A stretch of 64,000 nt of DNA from NCBI GenBank assembly GCA_964650645.1, contig CAZYUH010000001.1, positions 475,099-539,098 of the forward strand. Reading direction: 5' to 3'. This document shows positions 53,153-61,566 of this stretch, piece after piece. The notes beneath the pieces are model-generated. The model worked only from the letters and a program-made list of their open reading frames with translations. It was not told the origin of the DNA and searched no databases. Numbering within the stretch: position 1 is the stretch's first letter; each line of letters starts with the position of its first letter. Source of the stretch: an uncultured Candidatus Saccharibacteria bacterium. GTDB lineage: Bacteria; Patescibacteriota; Minisyncoccia; Phycocordibacterales; SBAW01. The position numbers were made by a program, and so were the translations under genes.

Positions 53153-53383
53153 ATGTTCGTTTCATACTGCGCTTGCGTTCCAGTGCTTCTGTTCGCCGCG
53201 CTCAAGGCGTACTCCGTATTCCATTTCCATTTCGGCCTGAGCGTGCGGCAATCGCAGGCGATTGCGGTGCTGGCCTACCTGGCGGTCCTGTTCGCGGTAA
53301 ACGCGCTGGCGTGGTCGGTATACGGGAAGAAAGAAGCCGTGCCGAAGTATGAGCTCGTTAAGGATCTTCCTAAAAGTTCTTGA
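53153..53383 (+). CDS. small membrane protein (76 aa, 2 TM)
   Basis: ATG 53153; hydrophobic segments CACVPVLLFAALKAY and AIAVLAYLAVLFAVNALAW; double-hairpin terminator 53395-53445. Confidence 0.45.
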   Translation: MFVSYCACVPVLLFAALKAYSVFHFHFGLSVRQSQAIAVLAYLAVLFAVNALAWSVYGKKEAVPKYELVKDLPKSS

Positions 53384-53394
53384 ACAGGCGGCGC

Positions 53395-53445
53395 AAGCCG
53401 CCCTAAAGGCCCCGCACGTGCGGGGCCTTTTCTTTTCAAGCGGGA
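53395..53445 (+). terminator. double-hairpin terminator (GGCGGC-gcaa-GCCGCC; GGCCCCG-cacgtg-CGGGGCC + TTTTCTTTTC)
   Basis: Sequence-visible stems and T-tract. Confidence 0.7.
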
Positions 53446-53460
53446 GTGTACAATAGGGGC

Positions 53461-53982
53461 ATGCATACCATAAGGCCCAAGGAGGACCAGAACTTCTGGA
53501 ACTTCCTCTTTTCCGTATTCTTTATCATCGTGCTGGTCGCGGGGCTCTGGGTCATGCGCGACGTGCGCGGCGGGTTCCTGACCTCGGTGCCGGCGTTCGA
53601 CGCCTTCATGATGGCCTTCGCCGCGTTCCGCATCACGCGCCTCGTGGTGTACGACAAGATAACCCGCTGGTTCCGCGAGCTCTTCGCGAAGAGGGCCGTA
53701 GTGGAGCGCGACGGCGTGCCGTACGTGGAAGTGACGCCGTACTCCAAGGGCTTTGCCGCCACGGTCTACGACCTCCTCAGCTGCCCGTGGTGCATCGGCA
53801 TCTGGTCCTCGGCCATAGTCGTGTTCGCGTACTTCATATTCCCGTGGGCGTGGTCGGTCATCTTCTTCCTCGCCATCGCGGGCGCAGGCTCGCTCCTGCA
53901 GGTTATCGCGAACGGTGTCGGCTGGCGCGCCGAGATCCTCAAGATGGAGGCCCAGGAGCAGAAGCGCGACCTGCGCTTGTAA
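53461..53982 (+). CDS. DUF1360-family membrane protein (CPWCIGIW motif)
   Basis: ATG 53461 after AGGGGC; TM helices and the conserved LSCPWCIGIWSS segment. Confidence 0.6.
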   Translation: MHTIRPKEDQNFWNFLFSVFFIIVLVAGLWVMRDVRGGFLTSVPAFDAFMMAFAAFRITRLVVYDKITRWFRELFAKRAVVERDGVPYVEVTPYSKGFAATVYDLLSCPWCIGIWSSAIVVFAYFIFPWAWSVIFFLAIAGAGSLLQVIANGVGWRAEILKMEAQEQKRDLRL

Positions 53983-54092
53983 AGGCTCCGCAAATCCTGA
54001 CCGGCAAGCGGTACCCGGCTTTTCTGGGGAAAACCGGCTGATCCTCGGTCGCCGCCTGCGGAGCCGCTTGCCGGTCAGATTCGCTCCGCATC
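53983..54092 (+). repeat. structured intergenic element, copy B (homolog of 28257..28378), begins at the stop codon; flanked by direct GCTCCGC
   Basis: GCTCCGCaaatcctgaCCGGCAAGCGGTACCCGGCTTTTCTGGGGAAAACCGGCTGATCCTC...CTGCGGAGCCGCTTGCCGGtcagattcGCTCCGC; compensatory A:T -> G:C change in the inner hairpin relative to copy A. Confidence 0.55.
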
Positions 54093-54127
54093 AAAAAAAC
54101 TCCCCGAGGGGAGTTTTTTCGCGAAAT
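54093..54127. terminator. bidirectional terminator (A7-CTCCCC-gag-GGGGAG-T6), same type as the one after gyrB
   Basis: Perfect hairpin with flanking A-tract and T-tract. Confidence 0.75.
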
Positions 54128-54143
54128 TGATTCCGCGGAGCCT

Positions 54144-54614
54144 TTAGAACCTGACCGGAATCTCGAGCGACTTGTCGTTCTCGGGGAGGCCGGAGGGGTT
54201 GTCGTTGCGCAGCACTACGGTGCCCACGGAGCCCGCGGGCTGGGCCGGGAAGGGGAGCGTTATCATGAACGGCACGTACTCCTCGGTCATCCAGTCGCCC
54301 TGCGCCTGCGCCGGGCCTTCGGCTATGACCGCGCCCGCCGCGTCCTTTATCTGGACGGGGAAGGAGGCCTCGAAGTACCAGGTGCCGCGCGCGCGGCCCC
54401 ACATGGTGAGCGGCGAGGAGATCGAGTCGTTGTCCTTGAGGGACTCGACGACCAGCAAGTCCTCGTAGGAGGGGTTCGGCGCCGGCGGCGTCGTGGCCGC
54501 CTGGCCGTCGCCCAGCGTCGGGGCCTTGGTGTTGCCCGGGAGCATGAAAAGGATAATGGCCGCGATAATGATAAGTATGCCCACTATGATGACCGCCCAT
54601 CCTGTCTTGTTCAT
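54144..54614 (-). CDS. membrane-anchored hypothetical protein (N-terminal TM, Pro/Thr linker, beta-rich domain)
   Basis: ATG 54614; TATACT -10 ends 6 nt upstream, so leaderless; last gene of the GH130 operon direction. Confidence 0.5.
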   Translation of the reverse strand: MNKTGWAVIIVGILIIIAAIILFMLPGNTKAPTLGDGQAATTPPAPNPSYEDLLVVESLKDNDSISSPLTMWGRARGTWYFEASFPVQIKDAAGAVIAEGPAQAQGDWMTEEYVPFMITLPFPAQPAGSVGTVVLRNDNPSGLPENDKSLEIPVRF

Positions 54615-54639
54615 ATGCAAAGTATACCCGCGGCGCGCC

Positions 54640-55395
54640 TTACCGCAATAGGAACTCTATGAGCGTGGCGGTCTCCTGCGGGCTGAAGACCGGGTGGGCG
54701 CGCACGCCGGTCTTTACCACCACCGCGTCATTGCCGCCCTCTTCCAGGGCGTCGCCCACGTAGAGCATGTCTTTTGCGGGAATGCCCGAAATCTCGCTGA
54801 GGCGCTTGATGCCGTATGCCTTGTCTATGCCCTTGCGGGTGATGTCGACCGACGTCGAGCCGCCCGTGGCCACCGAGAACTCGGGGAGGCGCTTTTCAAC
54901 GGCCTCGCGCAGGACGCGGCGCTTCTCGCCCGAGGGGTCCCATTTGAGCTTCTCGTCGAGCGGCGCCTCCTGCCCCAGTCCCGAGAACACTATTTCCGCG
55001 CCGCGGTCCTCGATGCGCTCGCCCCATACGCGCTCCGGCTCCTGCGCGAGGCCGGCGTCTCCAAGCGCCTCCTTGAGCCCCGCGAGGATGCGCCCGCGCT
55101 CTTCTTCCGTAAAGGCGTAGTCGTAGTGCGGGTGCCACGAGCCTGTCTTGTGAACGAAGCACTGCGCCGCGTTGTCGGGAAAGAGGTAGAGGTTGCGCAG
55201 GGGCGCATCGTCGGAGAGCGCCGAGAGGAACTGCTTCTCGAACTGCGGGAAGCCGGCGCCGGACATGACGGCCACCGGCATCCTCGAAAGGAGGCGCGAT
55301 ACGAGCGCGCCCATTTCGGGGCTCAGCGGCTGCTTTGACTCGGCGAGCGTGCCGTCGAGGTCGAAGGCGACGAGTTTCGGGAGCGGCGTGGTCAT
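54640..55395 (-). CDS. HAD-superfamily hydrolase (subfamily IIB, Cof/phosphomannomutase-like)
   Basis: Internal ATG 55395 (MTTPLPKLVAFDLDGTLAESKQPL: DxDGT motif I); ...SGAGFP..., C-terminal GDALEEGGNDAVV (motif IV). ATGA overlap with the upstream GH130 gene. Confidence 0.72.
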   Translation of the reverse strand: MTTPLPKLVAFDLDGTLAESKQPLSPEMGALVSRLLSRMPVAVMSGAGFPQFEKQFLSALSDDAPLRNLYLFPDNAAQCFVHKTGSWHPHYDYAFTEEERGRILAGLKEALGDAGLAQEPERVWGERIEDRGAEIVFSGLGQEAPLDEKLKWDPSGEKRRVLREAVEKRLPEFSVATGGSTSVDITRKGIDKAYGIKRLSEISGIPAKDMLYVGDALEEGGNDAVVVKTGVRAHPVFSPQETATLIEFLLR

Positions 55396-57317
55396 GACAG
55401 GGTATCGGGCAGGAGTATCTTCAGGAGCTTCTTGAGCGACATCTTCGCGACGCCGATCACGGTGTCGGCACCGCCGTAGTATACAAGAAGCGTGTCGCCG
55501 CGCAGCACCGCCCCGCAGGAGAACACGACGTTGCGTATCTGGCCCACGCGCTCGTACTCCTCTATGGGCTCGAATATCGTGTCGACGCTGCGCGAGAGCA
55601 CGATGGCGGGGTTCTTGAGGTCCAGAAGCACCGCGCCCAGCCGGTAGGTGCTCGTCTTTGATACGCCGTGGTAGATGAGCAGCCAGCCCTTGGGGGTCTT
55701 TATAGGCGGCCCGGCGATGCCGACCTTCTTGGAGTCCCACATGCCGGCGCGCGGGCCCATGAGCTCGATGCAGCGCGTGAGCCTGCTCTTCTTGAAATCG
55801 AGCGTGTCGAGGAAGTCCGCGCAGATCATGGGGTCGATGCGGTGCATGAGCATGTACTGGCCGCCGACCTTCTCTTCAAGGAGGCACGTGTCCTTGTCCT
55901 GCACGTTGTCGGGCGTGACGAGCTGGGGCGCGCTCCACTTGTCGAAGCGCTTCGCGACGAAATCCTTCACTGAAATGCTCGAGAGCGCGGCGCGCCACGG
56001 GTCGGCGCCGTTGTAGGCGGTATAGGCGAGGTAGATGGTGTTGCCGATGCGGGTGAGCCGCGGGTCCTCGCAGCCCGAGCCCGAGCCGGGCGGCCCCTTC
56101 TTCATCTCGAACTCCTCGCGCGGCAGGTAGGCGGGCGTCGCCATGCGCTCCAGTATCTTCGTGCCGTTCTTGGTAGAGGCGTACCCGAGTACGGACGTGT
56201 TGTCGTCGCCGAGCGCCCGGTACAAAAGGTGCACGGTGCCGTCGATGTCTATCGCGGCCGCGTTGAAGACCGCCCGGTTCTCCCACGTATGCTCCGGCAC
56301 GGGGGAAAGGAGGGGGTTCTCCTTGGCCCTCTTGGCAAGCTCGACGCGGCGCGCGGGGATTATGGCCGAGAGGAGGTCGGGGAGGTTCACCGACGCGCGG
56401 GCGCATACGGTGTCGGCGCCTCCGTAGTAGATGTCCACGCGCCCGTTCTTTTCAATGAGCGCGCCGGTGGGGAAGACGATGTTGGGCACGATGCCGTAGC
56501 GCTCGTAGATCTCCTCGGGCACCATGATGGGGCCGCGCGTGGCGCCCGCTATCCGGTAAGGGTCGTTCAGGTCAAGGAGGAGCGCCTCGATGCCGAAGAC
56601 CCGCTCGCCGCCGCCGAAGTAGTTCTGTATGTAGGAATAGAACATGAGCCAGCCGTCCTTGGTCTTTATTGGCGCGGAGCCCACCTCGACGTGGTCGTGC
56701 TCGAAGCGCAGGGGGTTGATGACATGGTCGTCGAGGTTCGCGTGCCACTTCTCCCAGAAGGAGAGGTCCCACAGCTCCTCCATTTCGTCGCACTGGGCTA
56801 TGGCTATCTTGGCCGGCGGCTCGTCGGTGTGCGCGGTGAGGATGACGGTTATCTTGCCGTTGATACGCTCCGGGAAGAGCGCCATCGCCTTGGCGTTGAA
56901 CGGCGTGATGAGGTGGCGCTCCTCTATGGTCTCGAGGTCCTTTGAGATAGCGCATGCGACCTTGATGTTGCCCGGGCCGAACGGCATGCCGCCGAGCGCC
57001 GTGTAGAAGATATAGTACTTGCCCTCGAAGAACGTCGCGCGCGGGTCCTCGCAGCCGTACTTCTCCCAGGGCTCTTCCGGCACGATGAACTGCCGGCGGT
57101 TCTGGAAGTGGCGGCCGTCGAGCGTGAGCGCCTTGCCGATAGTCGAGACGCCGTCGGGCGCCATGAGCGCGTCGGGGCGCCCGAGCGCGCGGTACAGGAC
57201 GTGCGTGATTGCGCCCTTTTTTACGGGCGAGGGGTTGAAGGTGCCGTGCGCCTCCCATGGCTTGTCGCCGATGGGGGAGATGAGGGGGTTGTGGCCGCTG
57301 CGCTTGATAACGTACAT
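55392..57317 (-). CDS. tandem double GH130-family (DUF377) glycoside phosphorylase/hydrolase (two complete 5-bladed-propeller units in one 641-aa polypeptide)
   Basis: Each half carries GCEDPR(A/L) and YYGGADT signatures (YGCEDPRATFFEGKYYIFYTALG / VDIYYGGADTV; GSGCEDPRLTRIG / LLVYYGGADTV). Start at internal ATG 57317; the upstream part of the ORF is Arg-rich junk. Confidence 0.78.
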   Translation of the reverse strand: MYVIKRSGHNPLISPIGDKPWEAHGTFNPSPVKKGAITHVLYRALGRPDALMAPDGVSTIGKALTLDGRHFQNRRQFIVPEEPWEKYGCEDPRATFFEGKYYIFYTALGGMPFGPGNIKVACAISKDLETIEERHLITPFNAKAMALFPERINGKITVILTAHTDEPPAKIAIAQCDEMEELWDLSFWEKWHANLDDHVINPLRFEHDHVEVGSAPIKTKDGWLMFYSYIQNYFGGGERVFGIEALLLDLNDPYRIAGATRGPIMVPEEIYERYGIVPNIVFPTGALIEKNGRVDIYYGGADTVCARASVNLPDLLSAIIPARRVELAKRAKENPLLSPVPEHTWENRAVFNAAAIDIDGTVHLLYRALGDDNTSVLGYASTKNGTKILERMATPAYLPREEFEMKKGPPGSGSGCEDPRLTRIGNTIYLAYTAYNGADPWRAALSSISVKDFVAKRFDKWSAPQLVTPDNVQDKDTCLLEEKVGGQYMLMHRIDPMICADFLDTLDFKKSRLTRCIELMGPRAGMWDSKKVGIAGPPIKTPKGWLLIYHGVSKTSTYRLGAVLLDLKNPAIVLSRSVDTIFEPIEEYERVGQIRNVVFSCGAVLRGDTLLVYYGGADTVIGVAKMSLKKLLKILLPDTLS

Positions 57318-57331
57318 GCTCGTATTATATG

Positions 57332-58465
57332 TCAGGCTTTTACGGGCACGAGGTCCGCGCGCTGGCCGTGGGCCAGTTTCAGCAGGAAGTCGTCGAGATT
57401 GGCGCGCGCGGCGGCCACGTACTTGTCGCCGCCGCCGTAGTACACCAAGAGGTCCTCGCCGACGATGACCGCGCCCGAGACGTACACGACGCCGGGCTTC
57501 CAGTCGTTCTCGTACCACTCATCGGGCTCCAGCACGGGCTCCTTCGAGCGGTGCAGGATTTTCTTGGGGTTCTTGAGGTCAAGGAGCATCGCGCCCACCT
57601 TGTACTTGTGCGGCTCGCGCTCGTCTATGGCGTGGTAGAACAGGAGCCACCCGTCCTTGGTGCGAAGCGGCGGCGCGCCCGCGCCGCGCAGGCGGCTGTC
57701 CCACGCCTTGGGGCGCTGGGCGCGCTCGAAGCGGCTGCGTATGTAGGCGGAGTCGTTCGCGTCGCCCGGCTGTATGTAGGCGATCTGTATCTCGGGCTCC
57801 AGGTTGTGCAAGATGCCGTAGCGCCCGCGTATCTTCTCGGGGAAGAGCACCCAGTTCTTCTGCACCTCGCCGGGCGGCGAGAGGTACACGCCGCGCTCCC
57901 AATTGAAAAATCCCTGCTCGAGCTCGGTGAGCGGCAGGAAGGAGAGCATCATGCGCACGTTGCTCCATCCCTCGAACGAAGTGAACGTCATGCAGACGTG
58001 CCCGTCGATGACGACGGCGCGCGGGTCTTCCGTGCCGCCCCAGCCGCCGCCCGAGCCGTGCGTCGTGGTGTCGTAGGAGAGCGGCGCGTACTTCCTCGCA
58101 CCGCGCCGCGCGCGCTCCAGGCTCGCGGGCGACGGGTCGTAGGCGGGGGAGCTTGAGCGCGTAAAATGCACGCCGTCGTCGCTGTGCGCGTAGCCGATGC
58201 GCGATACGCCGTCCTGCCCTATGGCGCGGTACAGGAGGTGCACCTTGCCGCCGTGCACGAACGCCGCCGGGTTGAACACCGCCTCGGACTCCCACCAGTT
58301 CGCGGGATCGGGCGAAAGAACGGGGTTGTTTTCCGCGCGCTCGAGCCTGAGGCTGGGCTTGTAGGCGGCGTAGAGCCTGCCTAGGATATAGAAAACGGCC
58401 AACAGGCACGCAAAAAGAAGGGCGACGACGAGGAATGGGAGATACCAGGCGCTAAGCGCGTCCAT
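57332..58465 (-). CDS. GH130-family (DUF377) glycoside phosphorylase/hydrolase with N-terminal membrane anchor
   Basis: TM LPFLVVALLFACLLAVFYILG; GGTEDPRAVVIDG and LLVYYGGGDKYV signatures. Confidence 0.78.
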   Translation of the reverse strand: MDALSAWYLPFLVVALLFACLLAVFYILGRLYAAYKPSLRLERAENNPVLSPDPANWWESEAVFNPAAFVHGGKVHLLYRAIGQDGVSRIGYAHSDDGVHFTRSSSPAYDPSPASLERARRGARKYAPLSYDTTTHGSGGGWGGTEDPRAVVIDGHVCMTFTSFEGWSNVRMMLSFLPLTELEQGFFNWERGVYLSPPGEVQKNWVLFPEKIRGRYGILHNLEPEIQIAYIQPGDANDSAYIRSRFERAQRPKAWDSRLRGAGAPPLRTKDGWLLFYHAIDEREPHKYKVGAMLLDLKNPKKILHRSKEPVLEPDEWYENDWKPGVVYVSGAVIVGEDLLVYYGGGDKYVAAARANLDDFLLKLAHGQRADLVPVKA

Positions 58466-58805
58466 ACCGGTCCTCTATCCTTGTAATGTCGCGCTCGTCG
58501 AAGTCGCCGAAGGCTATCTCGAGGAACTCAACGCCCTCGGGGCCGGCTTCCATGCGGTGCGCGCGCCCGGCAGGGCAGAAGAACTGCGCTCCCGGGGCGG
58601 CCTCGTGCGTCTCGCTGCCGAGCGTCACGCGCCCGGAGCCCGCGAGGATGCGCCAGAACTCGCCGCGGTGCTCGTGAGTCTGCAGGCTGAACGCCTCGCC
58701 GGGGCGCACGGCGATGATCTTGACGGTCGAGGGCTCGTTGAGGGTGAAGCGCTCATAGCCTCCCCACGGACGCGCGTCCTTCTCGTACCCTGAAAGGCCT
58801 TCCAT
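58452..58805 (-). CDS. cupin-domain protein (small mannose-6-phosphate isomerase-like cupin)
   Basis: Two-motif cupin (G(X)5HxH...E / P.G..H: SLQTHEHRGEFWRILAGSG...FCPAGRAHRMEAG); ATG 58805 with AAGGGG RBS; overlaps the GH130 start by 14 nt. Confidence 0.6.
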   Translation of the reverse strand: MEGLSGYEKDARPWGGYERFTLNEPSTVKIIAVRPGEAFSLQTHEHRGEFWRILAGSGRVTLGSETHEAAPGAQFFCPAGRAHRMEAGPEGVEFLEIAFGDFDERDITRIEDRYGRA

Positions 58806-59128
58806 GCCCCTTATTGTACGCCTCAAATCAAGCGGCTCATGGAAGGCCGAGTGGATAGCCGCTCGCGCCGGAGGGCCAGGACGCCTTTGGCGGCCCGGCC
58901 CTCCGGCTCAGGTGCTTAATTGTTCCATCTTGTTCTTTTCGACCGCGTTATGGCTTGTATGCCTGTTATAACCTCGCGCTGTCTTTCAAAGTGACGGCGG
59001 CCGCCATGCGGCTCATGTGCGCCGTCCTTCCAGTAGCGCGGCTTTTCCCGCCTGCGCTACATCGCACATGCTAGCAAGGCGCGATAAAGCCAGGATGAAT
59101 ATCCGCATGAAGGAATCGCATTAAGCGC

Positions 59129-60166
59129 TCATGCCTTCCTGTCCGAGAAGTCGAGCGTCGTCTTGCTCGACTCCTGCGCATGGCGCGCCGCGGCGCCGCC
59201 CAGCGGCAGCATGACGGATACCGTCGTGCCGCCCCGGCGCTTCTGGCTCTTGCGGCGGCTCTCGACGAGTATCTTGCCGCGGTGCGCGCGCACCATCTCG
59301 TTGACGATGGTAAGCCCCAGTCCCGAGCCCTCTTCCTGGCCGCGGCGGTTGCGCGACCCGTCCGCGCGGTAGAACGGCTCGAATACGTGCAGCAATTCCT
59401 CGTGCGTCATCCCCACGCCCGTATCCGCGACCTCGAAGAGCACCATGCCTTCCTGCGGCCTGAGGGTCACGGTGACGCTCCCGCCGTCCTTTTGGGGAGT
59501 GTAGGAGAGCGCGTTCTTCACGATATTGCTTATGACCTGCTCGAGCGCTACGGCATTGCCCCAGACTATCGAGCCGCGCTCGCAGCGCGCAGAGAGCTTG
59601 ATGCCGCGCTCGCGCGCAAGGGCCTGGTGGCGCGCGACGACCGCTTCGGTGAGCGGGATGAGGTCGAGGTTCTTGAATTGCATGCGCTCGGGGCGGGCGA
59701 GCGCGTTTAGGGAGAGCAGGTTGTTAATGATGTCGGAGATGCGGTTGAGCTCCCCGATTATCTCCTTGAACGTGGCGCCGAGCTCCTCCCTGAGCGCGGG
59801 GTCCATGAGCGCCACCTCGCTGTTGGTCTTTATTATGGAAAGCGGCGTGCGCAATTCGTGGGCGATGTTGGAGATGAAGAGCTTCTGGTGGCGCAGGTTG
59901 TCGCGCGCGGGCTTCAGGCTCAGCCGTATCAGCATGCCCGAGGCGGCGATGGAGAGCGCCAAGAGGACCGTGAGCATGACAAGGCTCTGGCCGGCGCTTG
60001 CCGCCACGAATAAGAGCGCGCCTATGCACAGGAGGGTGAAGCCGAGCTGGAGAGCGACGATATGGACGGCGGTGCGGAAGAAGATGTCGCTCTGGTAGCT
60101 ATGCGCGTACCTCCCCCATAAGGCGGTAGCCCACGCCGCGAACTGTCTCAAATAGTTGTTCACCAT
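59129..60166 (-). CDS. sensor histidine kinase (2 TM, HisKA + HATPase_c)
   Basis: H-box NIAHELRTPL; N, G1, G2 boxes (VISNIVKNALSY, DTGVGM, GSGLGLTIV). Annotated start overlaps the regulator gene by 68 nt. Confidence 0.8.
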   Translation of the reverse strand: MVNNYLRQFAAWATALWGRYAHSYQSDIFFRTAVHIVALQLGFTLLCIGALLFVAASAGQSLVMLTVLLALSIAASGMLIRLSLKPARDNLRHQKLFISNIAHELRTPLSIIKTNSEVALMDPALREELGATFKEIIGELNRISDIINNLLSLNALARPERMQFKNLDLIPLTEAVVARHQALARERGIKLSARCERGSIVWGNAVALEQVISNIVKNALSYTPQKDGGSVTVTLRPQEGMVLFEVADTGVGMTHEELLHVFEPFYRADGSRNRRGQEEGSGLGLTIVNEMVRAHRGKILVESRRKSQKRRGGTTVSVMLPLGGAAARHAQESSKTTLDFSDRKA

Positions 60167-60788
60167 CGTCGTTTTGGCCGAGCTTCTTGCGCAGGTTCTT
60201 CATGTGCACGTCGAGCACGTTGCTCCAGGAGAGGGAATTGAAGTCCCACACGTGGTCGAACAGCTTCTCGCGCGAAAGGACCTCGTTGGGCTGGCGCATG
60301 AAGCACTCCAGCAGCGAGAACTCCTTGAGCGTGAGCGATATCTCCTCGCCGTCGCGCTTGACCGTGCGCGTGGCCATGTCCATCTCCAAGGGGCCGACCT
60401 TGAGCGTGACGGGCTTCTGCTGCGCGGGGCGGCGCAGGACGGCGTTGATGCGCGAGAGCAGCTCCTCGAAGGAGAACGGCTTGACGATGTAGTCGTCGGC
60501 GCCCTTGTTGAGCAGGTCCACCTTGTGCTCTGTCTCGTTGCGCGCGGTGAGTATGACAATGGGCGTCACGACGCCCTCGCGGCGCACGGACTCGGTGATG
60601 GTCGCGCCGTCGAGCCCCGGGAGCATGAGGTCGAGTATGATGAGGTCGTACTCGTTGCGGTAGAGGAGTATGCGGCTGCGGGCCTTCTCGGGGTCGGGAA
60701 GCCAGTCGACCGCGAACCCCTTGAGTTCCAGCCCCTTCTTAAGGGCTTTCGCCAAGCGCTCCTCGTCTTCGACGATAAGTAAGTGCAT
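60099..60788 (-). CDS. OmpR-family response regulator
   Basis: Receiver DLIILDLMLPGLDG, winged-helix C-terminus (...VRGVGYRL); TACACT -10 immediately upstream of the ATG suggests a leaderless mRNA. Confidence 0.85.
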   Translation of the reverse strand: MHLLIVEDEERLAKALKKGLELKGFAVDWLPDPEKARSRILLYRNEYDLIILDLMLPGLDGATITESVRREGVVTPIVILTARNETEHKVDLLNKGADDYIVKPFSFEELLSRINAVLRRPAQQKPVTLKVGPLEMDMATRTVKRDGEEISLTLKEFSLLECFMRQPNEVLSREKLFDHVWDFNSLSWSNVLDVHMKNLRKKLGQNDDGEQLFETVRGVGYRLMGEVRA

Positions 60789-60900
60789 AGGGGAGTGTAT
60801 GAACGATTAATACCACTACAGTGTGACCCAAACAACCTGAACTATTCATGAATTGTTCCGTTAGATGAAAAAATACCGCCCGGTTGAGCGGTATTCCGGC

Positions 60901-61566
60901 TTATGCTGACTTGAAGAGCGCCCAGTCGCGGGGCATGAGCCATTGCGCGATGTGCAGTATGCCGTAGGTGATGAAGAACGCCGAGGCTACGTCGATGGTG
61001 TAGTGGATGTGCGCCAGAAGGACGACCGCGGCGAAGAAGAGGGAGGCGGCGAGGAAGAACGCGGCCTCGCGCTTCTGTATGCGCCACAGGGCGAGCGCGC
61101 CCAGGAACGGCATGCCGGTGTGCGCCGAGAAGAACTGGTCCGCGCCGAAGAAGGAGCGCACGATGGTGTCGCCGAAGTCGGTCACGTACTGCGCCTCCGG
61201 CGGGCCCAGGTGCGTCATGAGCGTGAAGAGCGAGCGGATGACGATGAACAGCGCTACCGCCTTGAGCGCGAAGGGAATCCGCTTGGGGCGGCTGAATATT
61301 ATCGAGGCGCTCACCGCGGCGACGACGAAAGTGCCGTACACGAACACGCCGTCAAGATCGAAGACGGGGATATTGGAGAGGATGATGTCCTGGACGCCGG
61401 CGCCGGCGCGGGCCGTCGCCTGCGCTATCGCCCAGAAATTCACGCAGAGCGCGGCGCCAAGCGCCGCGCTCCCGGCCGCCGCGGAAGCGATGAAGCCGGG
61501 CTCTCGGAAGGCGTCCCGGTACCGTCTGGCCACTATTGAAACCACCCTCCAATGATACAATGCCAC
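60901..61566 (-). CDS. PAP2-like integral membrane protein with sphingomyelin-synthase/AUR1-type motifs (GADQFFSAHTG, HYTIDV)
   Basis: 6 predicted TM segments; conserved SGHT- and HYTxDV-like motifs; GTG start overlapping the divergent DedA start. Confidence 0.5.
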   Translation of the reverse strand: MALYHWRVVSIVARRYRDAFREPGFIASAAAGSAALGAALCVNFWAIAQATARAGAGVQDIILSNIPVFDLDGVFVYGTFVVAAVSASIIFSRPKRIPFALKAVALFIVIRSLFTLMTHLGPPEAQYVTDFGDTIVRSFFGADQFFSAHTGMPFLGALALWRIQKREAAFFLAASLFFAAVVLLAHIHYTIDVASAFFITYGILHIAQWLMPRDWALFKSA

